In this document: positions 11,623 through 21,772 of the stretch, in pieces
Layout of the letters: each line of letters begins with the position of its first letter
Numbering within the stretch: position 1 is the first letter of the stretch
Source of the DNA: an uncultured Planktomarina sp.
GTDB taxonomy: Bacteria; Pseudomonadota; Alphaproteobacteria; Rhodobacterales; Rhodobacteraceae
DNA: 64,000 nucleotides
Assembly (NCBI RefSeq): GCF_943788425.1
Contig: NZ_CALSQF010000005.1
Reading direction: 5' to 3' (one strand)
Position numbers and translations under genes: made by a program
Notes under the pieces: generated by a model
Databases searched by the model: none
What the model was told of the DNA's origin: nothing
Seen by the model: only the letters and a program-made list of their open reading frames with translations

Positions 11623-12519
11623 TCATGCCAATAACTCCCGATTTTTCCGCCAATTTTCTGGCAGCTCTGCGAAATTATCAGCAAAAAAATCGTATTGCGC
11701 CTTCAAGAATTCCAACGCGTCCCGCCGCAAAGCTTCCAGAAAAGGCGCCACAACGCCCACATGTGCCGGTTTAATTTGACGCGCGCTTGTCGCGTTAATC
11801 CCCCAATAGGCGCACATGCTGTCAAACTTGGGACCATCCTGCAGGCTCTCCGCAAAACCGACCTGAAATTGCGAGCGATCAAAAACCGCCACAAAACGTG
11901 CTATGTTTGATCTATGATCGCCCCGTGTCACAATATGGGTTTCTTCTTGCGTGTAAAAAACACGTTGAAGGATATCTTGACAGTTGACTAAGAAATCCTG
12001 TCCTTCATTCAAGCTGCGTTTGGCCAACATGCGCACATTCGACCAGAGGCGTTCCAACGGGTCACGCATCAGATATTGCAACTTCACACGAATGGGCAAG
12101 GCCGAAATTCGGGCGATCTCCGCAGGTTTCAGCAAAGCATAGGCCGGCGTGACATCAAGCAACACGGTCTCATCCATCCGCCCAGCCTGCAGGTACTTCA
12201 GATAGGCGGAGTCGTCACCGCGATCGATCGATAGCGCCATGGTGATCGCCTTGGTGTCAGCAATCCGTAGGCTCAAGCTCACTATGCGGATGATATTATC
12301 CGCAGCTTCAGCCTCGATCAGCCGGGCCTCATATTGGACCACAAGCCGATTTAAAATCTTCAACTGACGAATTAACTTTTTAGATTTAAATTTTGAAAAA
12401 TAGTGACATTCCTTCACCAATCTCACAAAACACTCCTCGTGATCACGCAAATAGCGATACATCCAAGACGTTCCTGCCTTAGTCGCTCCCACGCGGATCA
12501 GAAGTGTTGGATCAGCCAT
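11623..12519 (-). CDS. sulfotransferase-family protein inserted between nuoC and nuoD
   Basis: 298 aa. PAPS 5'-phosphosulfate loop-like [14 protein letters not shown] and 3'-phosphate motif-like [11 protein letters not shown]. Start lies 3 nt after the nuoC stop. Confidence 0.65.
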   Translation of the reverse strand: MADPTLLIRVGATKAGTSWMYRYLRDHEECFVRLVKECHYFSKFKSKKLIRQLKILNRLVVQYEARLIEAEAADNIIRIVSLSLRIADTKAITMALSIDRGDDSAYLKYLQAGRMDETVLLDVTPAYALLKPAEIARISALPIRVKLQYLMRDPLERLWSNVRMLAKRSLNEGQDFLVNCQDILQRVFYTQEETHIVTRGDHRSNIARFVAVFDRSQFQVGFAESLQDGPKFDSMCAYWGINATSARQIKPAHVGVVAPFLEALRRDALEFLKAQYDFFADNFAELPENWRKNRELLA

Positions 12520-12522
12520 GGC

Positions 12523-13134
12523 TTATCCCTCGGCCCCATCCGTCTTCTCGTCGCCCGGCAGCACATATTTCGCTCCCTCCCAAGGAGACATAAAGTCAAA
12601 TTGACGGTATTCTTGTACAAGGGACACAGGCTCATAAACCACGCGCTTTTCAGCCTCGTCGTAGCGCAATTCGGTATACCCGCTTGTTGGGAAATCCTTA
12701 CGCAGCGGATGGCCGCGGAACCCGTAATCGGTCAACAATCGACGCAGGTCCGGGTGTCCAGAAAAAAGTATCCCAAACATATCAAAAATTTCGCGTTCAA
12801 ACCAATTTGCCGAGGGGTGCACCTCTACAATCGAAGCCAGCATGTCATCAGCCCGCACAGCTGCCCGCAGACGTACGCGGTGGTTCTGATACATGCTGAG
12901 CAAATGATACACGACGTCAAAGCGTTTCTCGCGACCTGGGTAATCGACCGCCGTGATATCCACCAAGGTCGAAAACCGGCAGTTGCGGTTAGACTTCAGA
13001 AAATCGACCAGCCCGACTATATTTGACGGCGCGACTTCAATGGTCAGTTCACCGAAAGATACTTCATAGGACAGCACACAATCGGGCCGTTTTGATGCAA
13101 TCAACGCACCCAATTCTTGTAATGCCTGTGTCAT
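12523..13134 (-). CDS. nuoC: NADH-quinone oxidoreductase subunit C
   Basis: 203 aa. [30 protein letters not shown]. Confidence 0.93.
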   Translation of the reverse strand: MTQALQELGALIASKRPDCVLSYEVSFGELTIEVAPSNIVGLVDFLKSNRNCRFSTLVDITAVDYPGREKRFDVVYHLLSMYQNHRVRLRAAVRADDMLASIVEVHPSANWFEREIFDMFGILFSGHPDLRRLLTDYGFRGHPLRKDFPTSGYTELRYDEAEKRVVYEPVSLVQEYRQFDFMSPWEGAKYVLPGDEKTDGAEG

Positions 13135-13337
13135 TTCACAACCTTCTTAGCCCGAGAGACGGCGCCAGCTTTCGGCGACTCCTGAGGCTGCAGGGCAACC
13201 AACGCGAACCATTCGCGTTGAACTGCCTGATCAACAAACCACGCACAGCGCGCATCCGCATGTTCGCCCAATTCTTCAAAGGTCACCAACGGACCACCAC
13301 TCTTTAGAGACACAACCGAACCAAGCATAACTTGCAT
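13131..13337 (-). CDS. 68-aa small protein (YodC/DUF2158-like) between nuoB and nuoC
   Basis: [13 protein letters not shown] resembles the LKSGGP.MTV signature of the small YodC-type family (recalled from memory). ATGA overlap with the nuoC start. Confidence 0.55.
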   Translation of the reverse strand: MQVMLGSVVSLKSGGPLVTFEELGEHADARCAWFVDQAVQREWFALVALQPQESPKAGAVSRAKKVVK

Positions 13338-13341
13338 GACC

Positions 13342-14231
<890 letters not shown>

Positions 14232-14274
14232 GTTGGCTCCTTACATGTGCCGCTTGTGGCACAGCTTGCTGCCT

Positions 14275-14303
14275 CTACTACGCGTCAGGCACAAAAGGGT
14301 CAA
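14275..14303 (-). promoter_or_regulatory. candidate sigma-70-type promoter for the nuo operon
   Basis: The minus strand reads TTGACC, then 17 nt, then TAGTAG, about 40 nt upstream of the nuoA ATG. Confidence 0.3.
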
Positions 14304-14308
14304 CGCCC

Positions 14309-14322
14309 GGATTGCGCAATCC
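14309..14322. promoter_or_regulatory. perfect 14-bp palindrome GGATTGCGCAATCC
   Basis: Seen directly between the liuC stop and the candidate nuoA promoter. No loop is possible, so a protein-binding site is more likely than a terminator. Confidence 0.35.
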
Positions 14323-14358
14323 CAGCGGGTCTTACAAAAAAGTTACCCAAACCCGTCC

Positions 14359-15141
14359 TCAGATCTGCCAGCTGGGCGCAGTTTTGCCGAAGAAGGCCGC
14401 AATTCCTTCCTCCGCCTCCGGACTTTCCCATTGTGCAATCAAAGCTGTGACCGTCATTTCAATGGTCTGCGCATCAATGACCGGCCCGAGCCGCCGCGCC
14501 ATTTTTTTTGCCGCAGCCACAGCCCCCGGCGCACAGCTCAAATAGGGTGTTACCTCTGCCGTCACCGCCAGATCAAGCGCGTCTTGGGCTACAGTTTTAG
14601 CCAAAAGCCCAAGACCTTGCGCGTCTAGCGCCGAAAACTTGCGTGCAGACATAAACACACTCCGCGCCTTCGCCTCGCCCATACGCGCAATCACGTAAGG
14701 ACCGATGGTTGCGGGAATCAGCCCCAGCTTGGTTTCCGTCATCCCCATCCAAACTGTCTCAACCCCAATGGCTAAATCACAGATAGAGGCCAGCCCGACC
14801 CCGCCGCCAAAAGCATTGCCGTGAATACGGCCAATCACGGGCTGCGGCAGAGTGTTCCAGGACTGCAGCATCCCCGCAAGGCCCCGGGCGCCCGCTTGCC
14901 GGGTCGCGCGATCGGCGCGCATCTGGGTTTGCATCCACTGCAAATCCCCACCGGCACAAAAACTTTGGCCGCGTGCAGCCAAAATCACAACGCGCTCTGA
15001 GCCCTGGCGCAATATTGCGGCCATTTCGGTCAGCTCGTCGATCATCTGCGCCGATAATGCGTTGTGCTTCTCGGGCCGGTTCAGCCAAACCGTACAAACA
15101 CCTTGTGCATCGGTTTCGCTGTCTATCGTATCAAATTTCAT
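14359..15141 (-). CDS. liuC: enoyl-CoA hydratase family, probably methylglutaconyl-CoA hydratase
   Basis: 260-aa crotonase fold (FCAGGDL). Lies within the ivd/MCC/HMG-CoA lyase cluster. Confidence 0.75.
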   Translation of the reverse strand: MKFDTIDSETDAQGVCTVWLNRPEKHNALSAQMIDELTEMAAILRQGSERVVILAARGQSFCAGGDLQWMQTQMRADRATRQAGARGLAGMLQSWNTLPQPVIGRIHGNAFGGGVGLASICDLAIGVETVWMGMTETKLGLIPATIGPYVIARMGEAKARSVFMSARKFSALDAQGLGLLAKTVAQDALDLAVTAEVTPYLSCAPGAVAAAKKMARRLGPVIDAQTIEMTVTALIAQWESPEAEEGIAAFFGKTAPSWQI

Positions 15142-16021
15142 CTGCTGTGCCTTCTCCGCGTCTCAGAATTTTTCGCGCCAAGCGGGCCGCATGCGCCAAT
15201 TTCATACGATCAGGCCTGCCGGAGATTTCATATCCGCGTGTGATGAGATGATCATAGACCAATTCGGTATCGACATTGCCCTTGGCTCCAGGCGCATAGG
15301 GACAGCCCCCCAAGCCAGCGATGGAGGCATCAAAAATCCGCAGCCCATACTCGAGTGACGCATCAATATTCGCTAGGGCCCGTCCAGCAGTATCATGAAA
15401 ATGCCCAGCCAATGCTTCCACCGGCACCCGCTGCACCACAGCCTCCAACATACCCGCCACTTGCTCAGGATAGGCGGTGCCGATGGTATCGCCGAGGGAA
15501 ATTTCATCACAGCCCGCGCGATGCAACAGCTCCGCAAGCCGGGCCACTTCGGAAGGGTCGACCGGCCCATCATAGGGGCATTCGGTGACGCAGGAAATGT
15601 AGCCGCGCAGCCGCACCCCCTCTGGCGCCTCGGTCGTGAACGCCGCGATCACCTCGTTCACACGCTCCACAGCACCCGCGAGCGAAACATTTGTATTGGC
15701 CCGGCTAAAACCCTCAGTGGCCGCGATGAACACACAAACTCCCCGAGCCGGGGTCGCCAACGCCGCCTGCAAACCCCGCATATTGGGGGCCAGCGCATAA
15801 AGCTGTGCCGCGCCAGGTGTCACCCCCTGCACCACCTGCGCCCCATCGGCCATTTGCGGCACCCATCTGGGGCTGACAAAACTGGCGCACTCGACCCGCA
15901 GCACGCCGGCGCCCGTCAAGGCCTCCGTCAAAGCGATTTTATCCTCTGAGGAGATAAAGGCCGGCTCATTTTGAAGCCCGTCGCGTGGGCCCACCTCAAA
16001 AATCTCAACCGCCCGCTTCAT
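15131..16021 (-). CDS. liuE: hydroxymethylglutaryl-CoA lyase
   Basis: 296 aa. EVGPRDGLQNE motif. Overlaps both neighbours. Confidence 0.85.
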   Translation of the reverse strand: MKRAVEIFEVGPRDGLQNEPAFISSEDKIALTEALTGAGVLRVECASFVSPRWVPQMADGAQVVQGVTPGAAQLYALAPNMRGLQAALATPARGVCVFIAATEGFSRANTNVSLAGAVERVNEVIAAFTTEAPEGVRLRGYISCVTECPYDGPVDPSEVARLAELLHRAGCDEISLGDTIGTAYPEQVAGMLEAVVQRVPVEALAGHFHDTAGRALANIDASLEYGLRIFDASIAGLGGCPYAPGAKGNVDTELVYDHLITRGYEISGRPDRMKLAHAARLARKILRRGEGTADEI

Positions 16022-17952
16022 TACGCCTCCTCCCGCTCGGCTTGAATGACCGCCAAGACCACACCCGCATCCACTTGTTGATCTTGCGTCGCTGATAAAT
16101 TTTCAACGCGTCCCGCGTGATCGGCGCAAAGCGTGTGCTGCATTTTCATAGCTTCGAGGACGACAATCGGATCTCCAGCCGCAACCTCTTGCCCCGCATG
16201 CACAAAAACCTGCTTGACCAAGCCAGGCATCGGCGCTGTGATCGCCCCGTCGCTGTGAACAATCGCAGTGCGCTCCAAGGGATCAATCACATCGAACACA
16301 AAAGTTTGCGCGCCAAAAAGATAGGCTTTGCCGGCGGCCAAGACCGCGGCGCACTGCGATAAGTCACCCAGCCCCAGCTCCACGGTCTCCCCAGCCACAT
16401 CAACCACGGCCCGCCCCCCCGGGTGTAGGCTCACCGGAAGCGTTTGCAGCTGATCTTTGTGGCGCAGAGCCATGCTTTGGCGCAAGGGTGTAAATAGCGT
16501 GAAACCCACATCGCTCTGTCGATCGAGGCCTATGTCCAACAGCCCCATGGCGCACAGAGCAGCCCTTGCCCAATCTACTGCGGCCGGTGCCGGCGCAGAG
16601 GTCAGAGCCTCCAAGTCACGCGCGATCAAACCTGTATCAAACGTACCGGCGACAAAATCTTTGTGCTGCAATAGCGCAACCAAAAAATCGCGATTGGTCT
16701 TGAGACCTGCGATCTGGGTCAATTGCAATCCCCGCACCAAACGTTGCAGCGCACTGGCCCGATCTGGACCAGTGGCAATTAGCTTTGCAATCATTGGATC
16801 ATAATAGGGCGTGACCTGCCCCCCCTGCGCCACACCTGTCTCAACACGCAGCCCAGGTCCAAATTTCAGATGGTGCAACTGGCCGATTGAAGGCAGAAAA
16901 CCCTGATCGGAATCTTCCGCATAAAGCCGTGCTTCGATGGAATGGCCCTGCGCTTGGATTTGGTCTTGCATCAGTGGTAAAAAACCACCCGCTGCAACCT
17001 GAAGTTGCCAGGCCACCAGATCTATCCCCAAAATTTCTTCCGTGACGGGATGCTCCACCTGCAAACGCGCATTCATTTCCATGAAATAAAAACTGTCTCC
17101 GCGCAGGGGTACGCTGCCATCCACAATGAACTCAACTGTGCCGGCACTGACGTAACCAATCGCCTCAGCCGCCCGCACGGCCGCCTGTCCCATTGCATCA
17201 CGAACCTCATTTGGCATAAGCGGCGCCGGCGCCTCTTCGATCACCTTTTGGTGACGGCGCTGTAAAGAGCAATCCCGCTCATAAAGGTGCACAGCGGTCT
17301 GCCCGTCACCGAAAATTTGAATTTCGATATGGCGCGGGTTGGCAATGAACTTTTCAATCAACACCCGCGCATTGCCAAAGGCACCTTGCGCTTCGGATTG
17401 TGCGGAGGCCAGATGGGCGGCAAATTCTTCAGGCCGATTGACACGGCGCATGCCTTTGCCACCACCGCCCGCCACAGCCTTGATGAGAACGGGATAGCCG
17501 ATCTCTGCGGCGGCCTGTTGGAGCACCTGCAAAGACTGTGCCTCCCCATGATACCCCGGTACAATGGGAACGCCGACCTTTTGCATCAGCGCCTTTGCAG
17601 CATCTTTAAGCCCCATGGCCCGAATAGCCTCAGCGGGCGGACCGACCCAGATCAGGCCTGCCTCTTGAACCGCTTGGGCAAATTCAGGGTCCTCTGACAA
17701 AAAACCATAGCCCGGGTGAACCGCATCCGCGCCATGCTCTAGAGCCGCGGAAATAATCGCATCGCGGCGCAAATAGCTCTCGGCCGGATTGTGACCGCCC
17801 AAATGCACCACCTCATCACAAGACTGTACATGCAGCGCCTCTTCGTCTGCCGCAGAGGCAATCGCCAGAGTGGCAATTCCCATTTCACGGGCAGAGCGGG
17901 CAATGCGGCAAGCGATTTCGCCGCGGTTGGCAATCAGCAGCTTCTTTATCAT
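16021..17952 (-). CDS. liuD: methylcrotonyl-CoA carboxylase alpha (biotin carboxylase + BCCP) subunit
   Basis: 643 aa. N-terminus MIKKLLIANRGEIACRI and biotinylation motif EAMKM. Confidence 0.88.
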   Translation of the reverse strand: MIKKLLIANRGEIACRIARSAREMGIATLAIASAADEEALHVQSCDEVVHLGGHNPAESYLRRDAIISAALEHGADAVHPGYGFLSEDPEFAQAVQEAGLIWVGPPAEAIRAMGLKDAAKALMQKVGVPIVPGYHGEAQSLQVLQQAAAEIGYPVLIKAVAGGGGKGMRRVNRPEEFAAHLASAQSEAQGAFGNARVLIEKFIANPRHIEIQIFGDGQTAVHLYERDCSLQRRHQKVIEEAPAPLMPNEVRDAMGQAAVRAAEAIGYVSAGTVEFIVDGSVPLRGDSFYFMEMNARLQVEHPVTEEILGIDLVAWQLQVAAGGFLPLMQDQIQAQGHSIEARLYAEDSDQGFLPSIGQLHHLKFGPGLRVETGVAQGGQVTPYYDPMIAKLIATGPDRASALQRLVRGLQLTQIAGLKTNRDFLVALLQHKDFVAGTFDTGLIARDLEALTSAPAPAAVDWARAALCAMGLLDIGLDRQSDVGFTLFTPLRQSMALRHKDQLQTLPVSLHPGGRAVVDVAGETVELGLGDLSQCAAVLAAGKAYLFGAQTFVFDVIDPLERTAIVHSDGAITAPMPGLVKQVFVHAGQEVAAGDPIVVLEAMKMQHTLCADHAGRVENLSATQDQQVDAGVVLAVIQAEREEA

Positions 17953-18419
17953 TTCTGCGAGCTCTCTGCCCGATAGCTGCGGTAGCGCCGCCGGAAAATG
18001 AAATTGGGGCGATCCCCCTCAAATAGGTAGAAACATCCCCCCACAACCCCCAACGCGTTACACAGATCGTAATATTGCGCTGGTCCGCTTAAAAGCCCTC
18101 CATACCCTGAGGCTTGGCTAAAAAAGCGGATGAGAAAAATCATAGGCACAAATAAGGCCGCCAGATAGGCCTGACGGCTGCGCAGCACCAAGCCTGCGCC
18201 CGTCAGAAATAACACCACCCCAAAGACCAAACGCGGCAAAGAGCTGCTGCTGCCTAAGACGATCTCAAGACCCCCAATCGCAACAAACCAAAGGCAGATC
18301 AACCAAATAACCAGACCAAAACGCCCTTTGGTATGGTCGCGCACTTGCGCCTCGGTAACATAGACCCAATGGCGGCCAAAACTGTCCGGCTGGGTCATAA
18401 CGGTCATTTCATCACTCAT
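17949..18419 (-). CDS. 156-aa integral membrane protein embedded in the liu operon
   Basis: ORF trimmed to ATG 18419 (MSDEMTVMTQPD...). About 4 TM segments. Starts 4 nt after the MCC-beta stop, and its stop overlaps the MCC-alpha start (ATGA). Confidence 0.55.
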   Translation of the reverse strand: MSDEMTVMTQPDSFGRHWVYVTEAQVRDHTKGRFGLVIWLICLWFVAIGGLEIVLGSSSSLPRLVFGVVLFLTGAGLVLRSRQAYLAALFVPMIFLIRFFSQASGYGGLLSGPAQYYDLCNALGVVGGCFYLFEGDRPNFIFRRRYRSYRAESSQK

Positions 18420-18423
18420 GTCA

Positions 18424-20004
18424 TTACATCCTAAAGACGCCAAATTTTGTCTCGTTGATCGGGGCATTGAGCGCGGCGCGCAAAGACAAAGCCAAGACCT
18501 TGCGGCTGTCTCTCGGATCAATCACCCCATCATCCCACAATCGTGCGCTGGCGTAGAGCGGAGCGGATTGAGTCTCAAACATCTCAAGCGTCGGCTGTTT
18601 GAAGGCTGCTTCTTGCTCATCGCTCCAGCTGCCCCCCGCTCGCTCTATCGCATCGCGTTTGACGGTGGCCAAGACACCAGCCGCTTGCGCGCCCCCCATG
18701 ACGGCCGTGCGCGATGTGGGCCAGCTCCATAGAAACCGCGGTTGAAAAGCGCGGCCCGCCATACCGTAGTTGCCAGCCCCATAGCTGCCACCCACAATCA
18801 TAGTAATTTTCGGTACAGAGGTGCAGGCGACTGCTGTGACCATTTTCGCCCCATGGCGCGCAATTCCCTCGTTCTCATATTTCTGCCCCACCATGAATCC
18901 GGTGATGTTTTGCAAGAAAATCAATGGTGTTTTGCGCTGGGAGCAAAGTTCAACAAAATGCGCGCCCTTTTGAGCTGCCTCCGAAAACAATACGCCATTA
19001 TTGGCAACAATACCTACCGGCATGCCCTCAATATGTGCAAATCCCGTGACCAAAGTGGTGCCAAACCGCGCTTTAAATTCATCGAATGCGCCGCCATCCG
19101 TCAAGCGGCAGATCACATCGCGAATATCATAAGGCGTGGTCAAATCACTCGGGATCACTTCAAAAATATCATCCATGCAGGGCGCTGGCACATCGTCCGC
19201 CTGCAAAAAAGCGGCTTGCGGCGCATCAGCAGGCAGGTGGCGCACCGCCTCCCGCGCCAACGCCAGAGCATGGGTATCATCCTCCGCCAAGTAATCGGCC
19301 ACGCCAGACAGGCGCGTGTGCACGTCTCCGCCACCCAAGTCTTCCGCCGAAACCACCTCACCTGTGGCCGCTTTGACCAAGGGCGGACCCGCAAGAAAAA
19401 TCGTGCCTTGTTCTTTGACGATAATCGACACATCCGCCATGGCCGGCACATAGGCGCCCCCAGCCGTACAAGACCCCATCACCACGGCGATCTGCGCCAA
19501 GCCTTTGGCGGACATCTGGGCTTGATTGTAAAAGATTCGGCCAAAATGGTCTCTGTCTGGGAAGACCTCATCTTGGTTGGGCAAATTGGCCCCACCGCTA
19601 TCGACCAAGGAGACCACGGGCAGATGGCACTCCTGCGCGATTTCTTGGGCGCGCAGATGTTTTTTCACGGTCATCGGATAGTAGGTACCGCCTTTGACCG
19701 TGGCATCATTGCAAATGACCATCACATCGCGCCCATGCACTTTGCCGATACCGGTGATGAGCCCAGCGCAGGGCGCCGCGCCATCATACATGCCATGGGC
19801 TGCGGTTGCACCGATCTCTAAAAAGGCGCTGCCAGGATCCAAAAGATTGGCAACCCGGTCTCGCGGCAACATTTTTCCGCGCGCAACATGACGGGCCCGC
19901 GCCGCGTCTCCACCGCCCTGTGCGGCCACCGCTACGGCCTGCTCAACCCGCGCCAAGGCTTCCAGATGCAGCTGTTTGGCATTTGAGGCGTTCGTCTGTG
20001 TCAC
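18424..20004 (-). CDS. liuB: methylcrotonyl-CoA carboxylase beta (carboxyltransferase) subunit
   Basis: 526-aa carboxyltransferase-domain protein in the liu cluster context. Confidence 0.88.
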   Translation of the reverse strand: MTQTNASNAKQLHLEALARVEQAVAVAAQGGGDAARARHVARGKMLPRDRVANLLDPGSAFLEIGATAAHGMYDGAAPCAGLITGIGKVHGRDVMVICNDATVKGGTYYPMTVKKHLRAQEIAQECHLPVVSLVDSGGANLPNQDEVFPDRDHFGRIFYNQAQMSAKGLAQIAVVMGSCTAGGAYVPAMADVSIIVKEQGTIFLAGPPLVKAATGEVVSAEDLGGGDVHTRLSGVADYLAEDDTHALALAREAVRHLPADAPQAAFLQADDVPAPCMDDIFEVIPSDLTTPYDIRDVICRLTDGGAFDEFKARFGTTLVTGFAHIEGMPVGIVANNGVLFSEAAQKGAHFVELCSQRKTPLIFLQNITGFMVGQKYENEGIARHGAKMVTAVACTSVPKITMIVGGSYGAGNYGMAGRAFQPRFLWSWPTSRTAVMGGAQAAGVLATVKRDAIERAGGSWSDEQEAAFKQPTLEMFETQSAPLYASARLWDDGVIDPRDSRKVLALSLRAALNAPINETKFGVFRM

Positions 20005-20016
20005 CGCAGCCCGCCT

Positions 20017-20502
20017 CTAATTTTTCAATACACAATAGTCTGCGGTGGAGCGCCCTTCGAGGCAGGCTGCATATTCACCGCTCAAACCGGCTAGTTCTGT
20101 GATCTGACAGCCAAGCTGTTTGGCCGCCAAAGGTAGGTTGCCTTCAGGATCCCCATCGGCCTGGCATTTCTGCGAGACATAGTTGATCCAGCCACTCAAA
20201 ATACTCGCTAAATCTTCGGCAGATTTTACTGTGATGGCCTCCGTCACATCCTCCTGCAAAAGCCGCATAGACGCGGTCCAACCTTCGCGTTCGCTTTGCA
20301 GGCAAGCCACATGCGCCGTTGAGGCCACCTCAAAGCTGGCACAGGGTTCAAAAATTAAGCTCAGACATTGGCCCCAACTGGTGCTTTGCCCCATGTTCTC
20401 CAAACAGGCCATTGAATTCACATGCGTCTGCGGCAATTTCGTATCCGCCTGAGCCGCCGTGGCCAATACCACCAAGCCCACACTAAATAAAAGGTTTTTC
20501 AT
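20017..20502 (-). CDS. secreted Cys-rich protein (LprI/DUF1311-like?) embedded in the liu operon
   Basis: Signal peptide [19 protein letters not shown] and 8 Cys. 4-nt overlap with the ivd stop. Confidence 0.55.
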   Translation of the reverse strand: MKNLLFSVGLVVLATAAQADTKLPQTHVNSMACLENMGQSTSWGQCLSLIFEPCASFEVASTAHVACLQSEREGWTASMRLLQEDVTEAITVKSAEDLASILSGWINYVSQKCQADGDPEGNLPLAAKQLGCQITELAGLSGEYAACLEGRSTADYCVLKN

Positions 20503-21662
20503 ACCATTTTCCCCATCAATTCACGTCCAACCAACATGCGACGAATTTCGCTGGTCCCTGCTCCGATTTCCATCAATTTTGCATCCCGAAACAAACGTGC
20601 TACGGGTGCATCGTTCAAAAAACCTGCCCCTCCAAGCGCTTGTACGGCTTGATGGGCCTGCTTCATTGCCTCTTCACTGGCAAAAAGACAGCAGGCCGCC
20701 GCGTCTTGGCGTGTCACCTCACCGCGATCACAGGCTTTGGCCACCTCATAGACATAGGCCCGCGCGGCGTTCATCGCTGTATACATATCAGCAATTTTGC
20801 CCTGCATCAGTTGGAAGTTGCCAATCGGTTGGCCGAATTGCTTGCGCTCGGCCATATAGGGCATGACCTCATCCAAACAGGCCGCCATGATGCCGAGGCC
20901 TATGCCAGCCAGAACCACACGCTCATAGTCGAGGCCAGACATAAGAACCCTTGCCCCGGCACCCTCTTGTTGCAGCACATTCTCGAAGGGAACTTCCACA
21001 TTTTCAAAGATCAACTCCGCTGTATTTGATCCGCGCATGCCAAGCTTGTCGAAATGACTGCTAGTCGAAAACCCCACCATATCACGCTCGATCAAAAAAG
21101 CGGTCAAACCACGCGATCCTGCCTCAGGATCGGTTTTGGCATAAACGATCAAGACATCAGCATCTGGCCCATTGGTGATCCAGAACTTATTGCCATTGAG
21201 GCGATAGTATCCATTGCGCTTCTCGGCTCTCAGGCTCATCGAGATCACGTCAGAGCCCGAGCCCGCCTCACTCATCGCCAGCGCCCCAACATGATCGCCC
21301 GAGATCAGTTTGGGCAGGTATTTGCTTTTTTGCTCTGGGGTTCCGTTGAGACTTATTTGATTGACGCAGAGATTCGAATGCGCCCCATAAGACAGGCTAA
21401 CACTGGCCGATGCTCGGGCGATTTCTTCCATCACCACCGTGTGGGCCAAATAGCCCAAACCCACGCCGCCGAATTCTTCATCTACAGTGATCCCAAGAAC
21501 CCCAAGATCCCCAAGCCGCTTCCACAATTGCGCAGGAAATTGATTGTCGCGATCCACAGCTCCAGCCAAGGGTTTAATCTCGTCCTGGGCAAAACGATGC
21601 ACCACTGTTTGAAGCGCGTGGATATCCTCTCCAAGATCGAAACGCATACTGGCTGTAAACAT
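20499..21662 (-). CDS. ivd: isovaleryl-CoA dehydrogenase
   Basis: Acyl-CoA dehydrogenase fold. Trimmed to ATG 21662 ([17 protein letters not shown]...) with GGAGG 5 nt upstream. The ORF-track start was a TTG. Confidence 0.88.
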   Translation of the reverse strand: MFTASMRFDLGEDIHALQTVVHRFAQDEIKPLAGAVDRDNQFPAQLWKRLGDLGVLGITVDEEFGGVGLGYLAHTVVMEEIARASASVSLSYGAHSNLCVNQISLNGTPEQKSKYLPKLISGDHVGALAMSEAGSGSDVISMSLRAEKRNGYYRLNGNKFWITNGPDADVLIVYAKTDPEAGSRGLTAFLIERDMVGFSTSSHFDKLGMRGSNTAELIFENVEVPFENVLQQEGAGARVLMSGLDYERVVLAGIGLGIMAACLDEVMPYMAERKQFGQPIGNFQLMQGKIADMYTAMNAARAYVYEVAKACDRGEVTRQDAAACCLFASEEAMKQAHQAVQALGGAGFLNDAPVARLFRDAKLMEIGAGTSEIRRMLVGRELMGKMV

Positions 21663-21675
21663 AGAACCTCCATTT

Positions 21676-21693
21676 ATTGAACGGTTGTTCAAT
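21676..21693. promoter_or_regulatory. inverted repeat ATTGAAC-N4-GTTCAAT just upstream of ivd
   Basis: Seen directly, 14 nt upstream of the ivd ATG. Candidate operator for the liu operon. Confidence 0.4.
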
Positions 21694-21772
21694 TTAAGCA
21701 AAGTTTTGTCACCCTGTCCAGCCTATGCACCCCACCTGTCGCAAATAAGCTCAAAGAGGCCGGACAGACGTT

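Noticed and set aside
11574-11684. An N-terminal extension of nuoD overlapping the sulfotransferase 3' end.
   Set aside because: The conserved NuoD N-terminus begins at ATG 11573. The extension would overlap the upstream gene by 62 nt.
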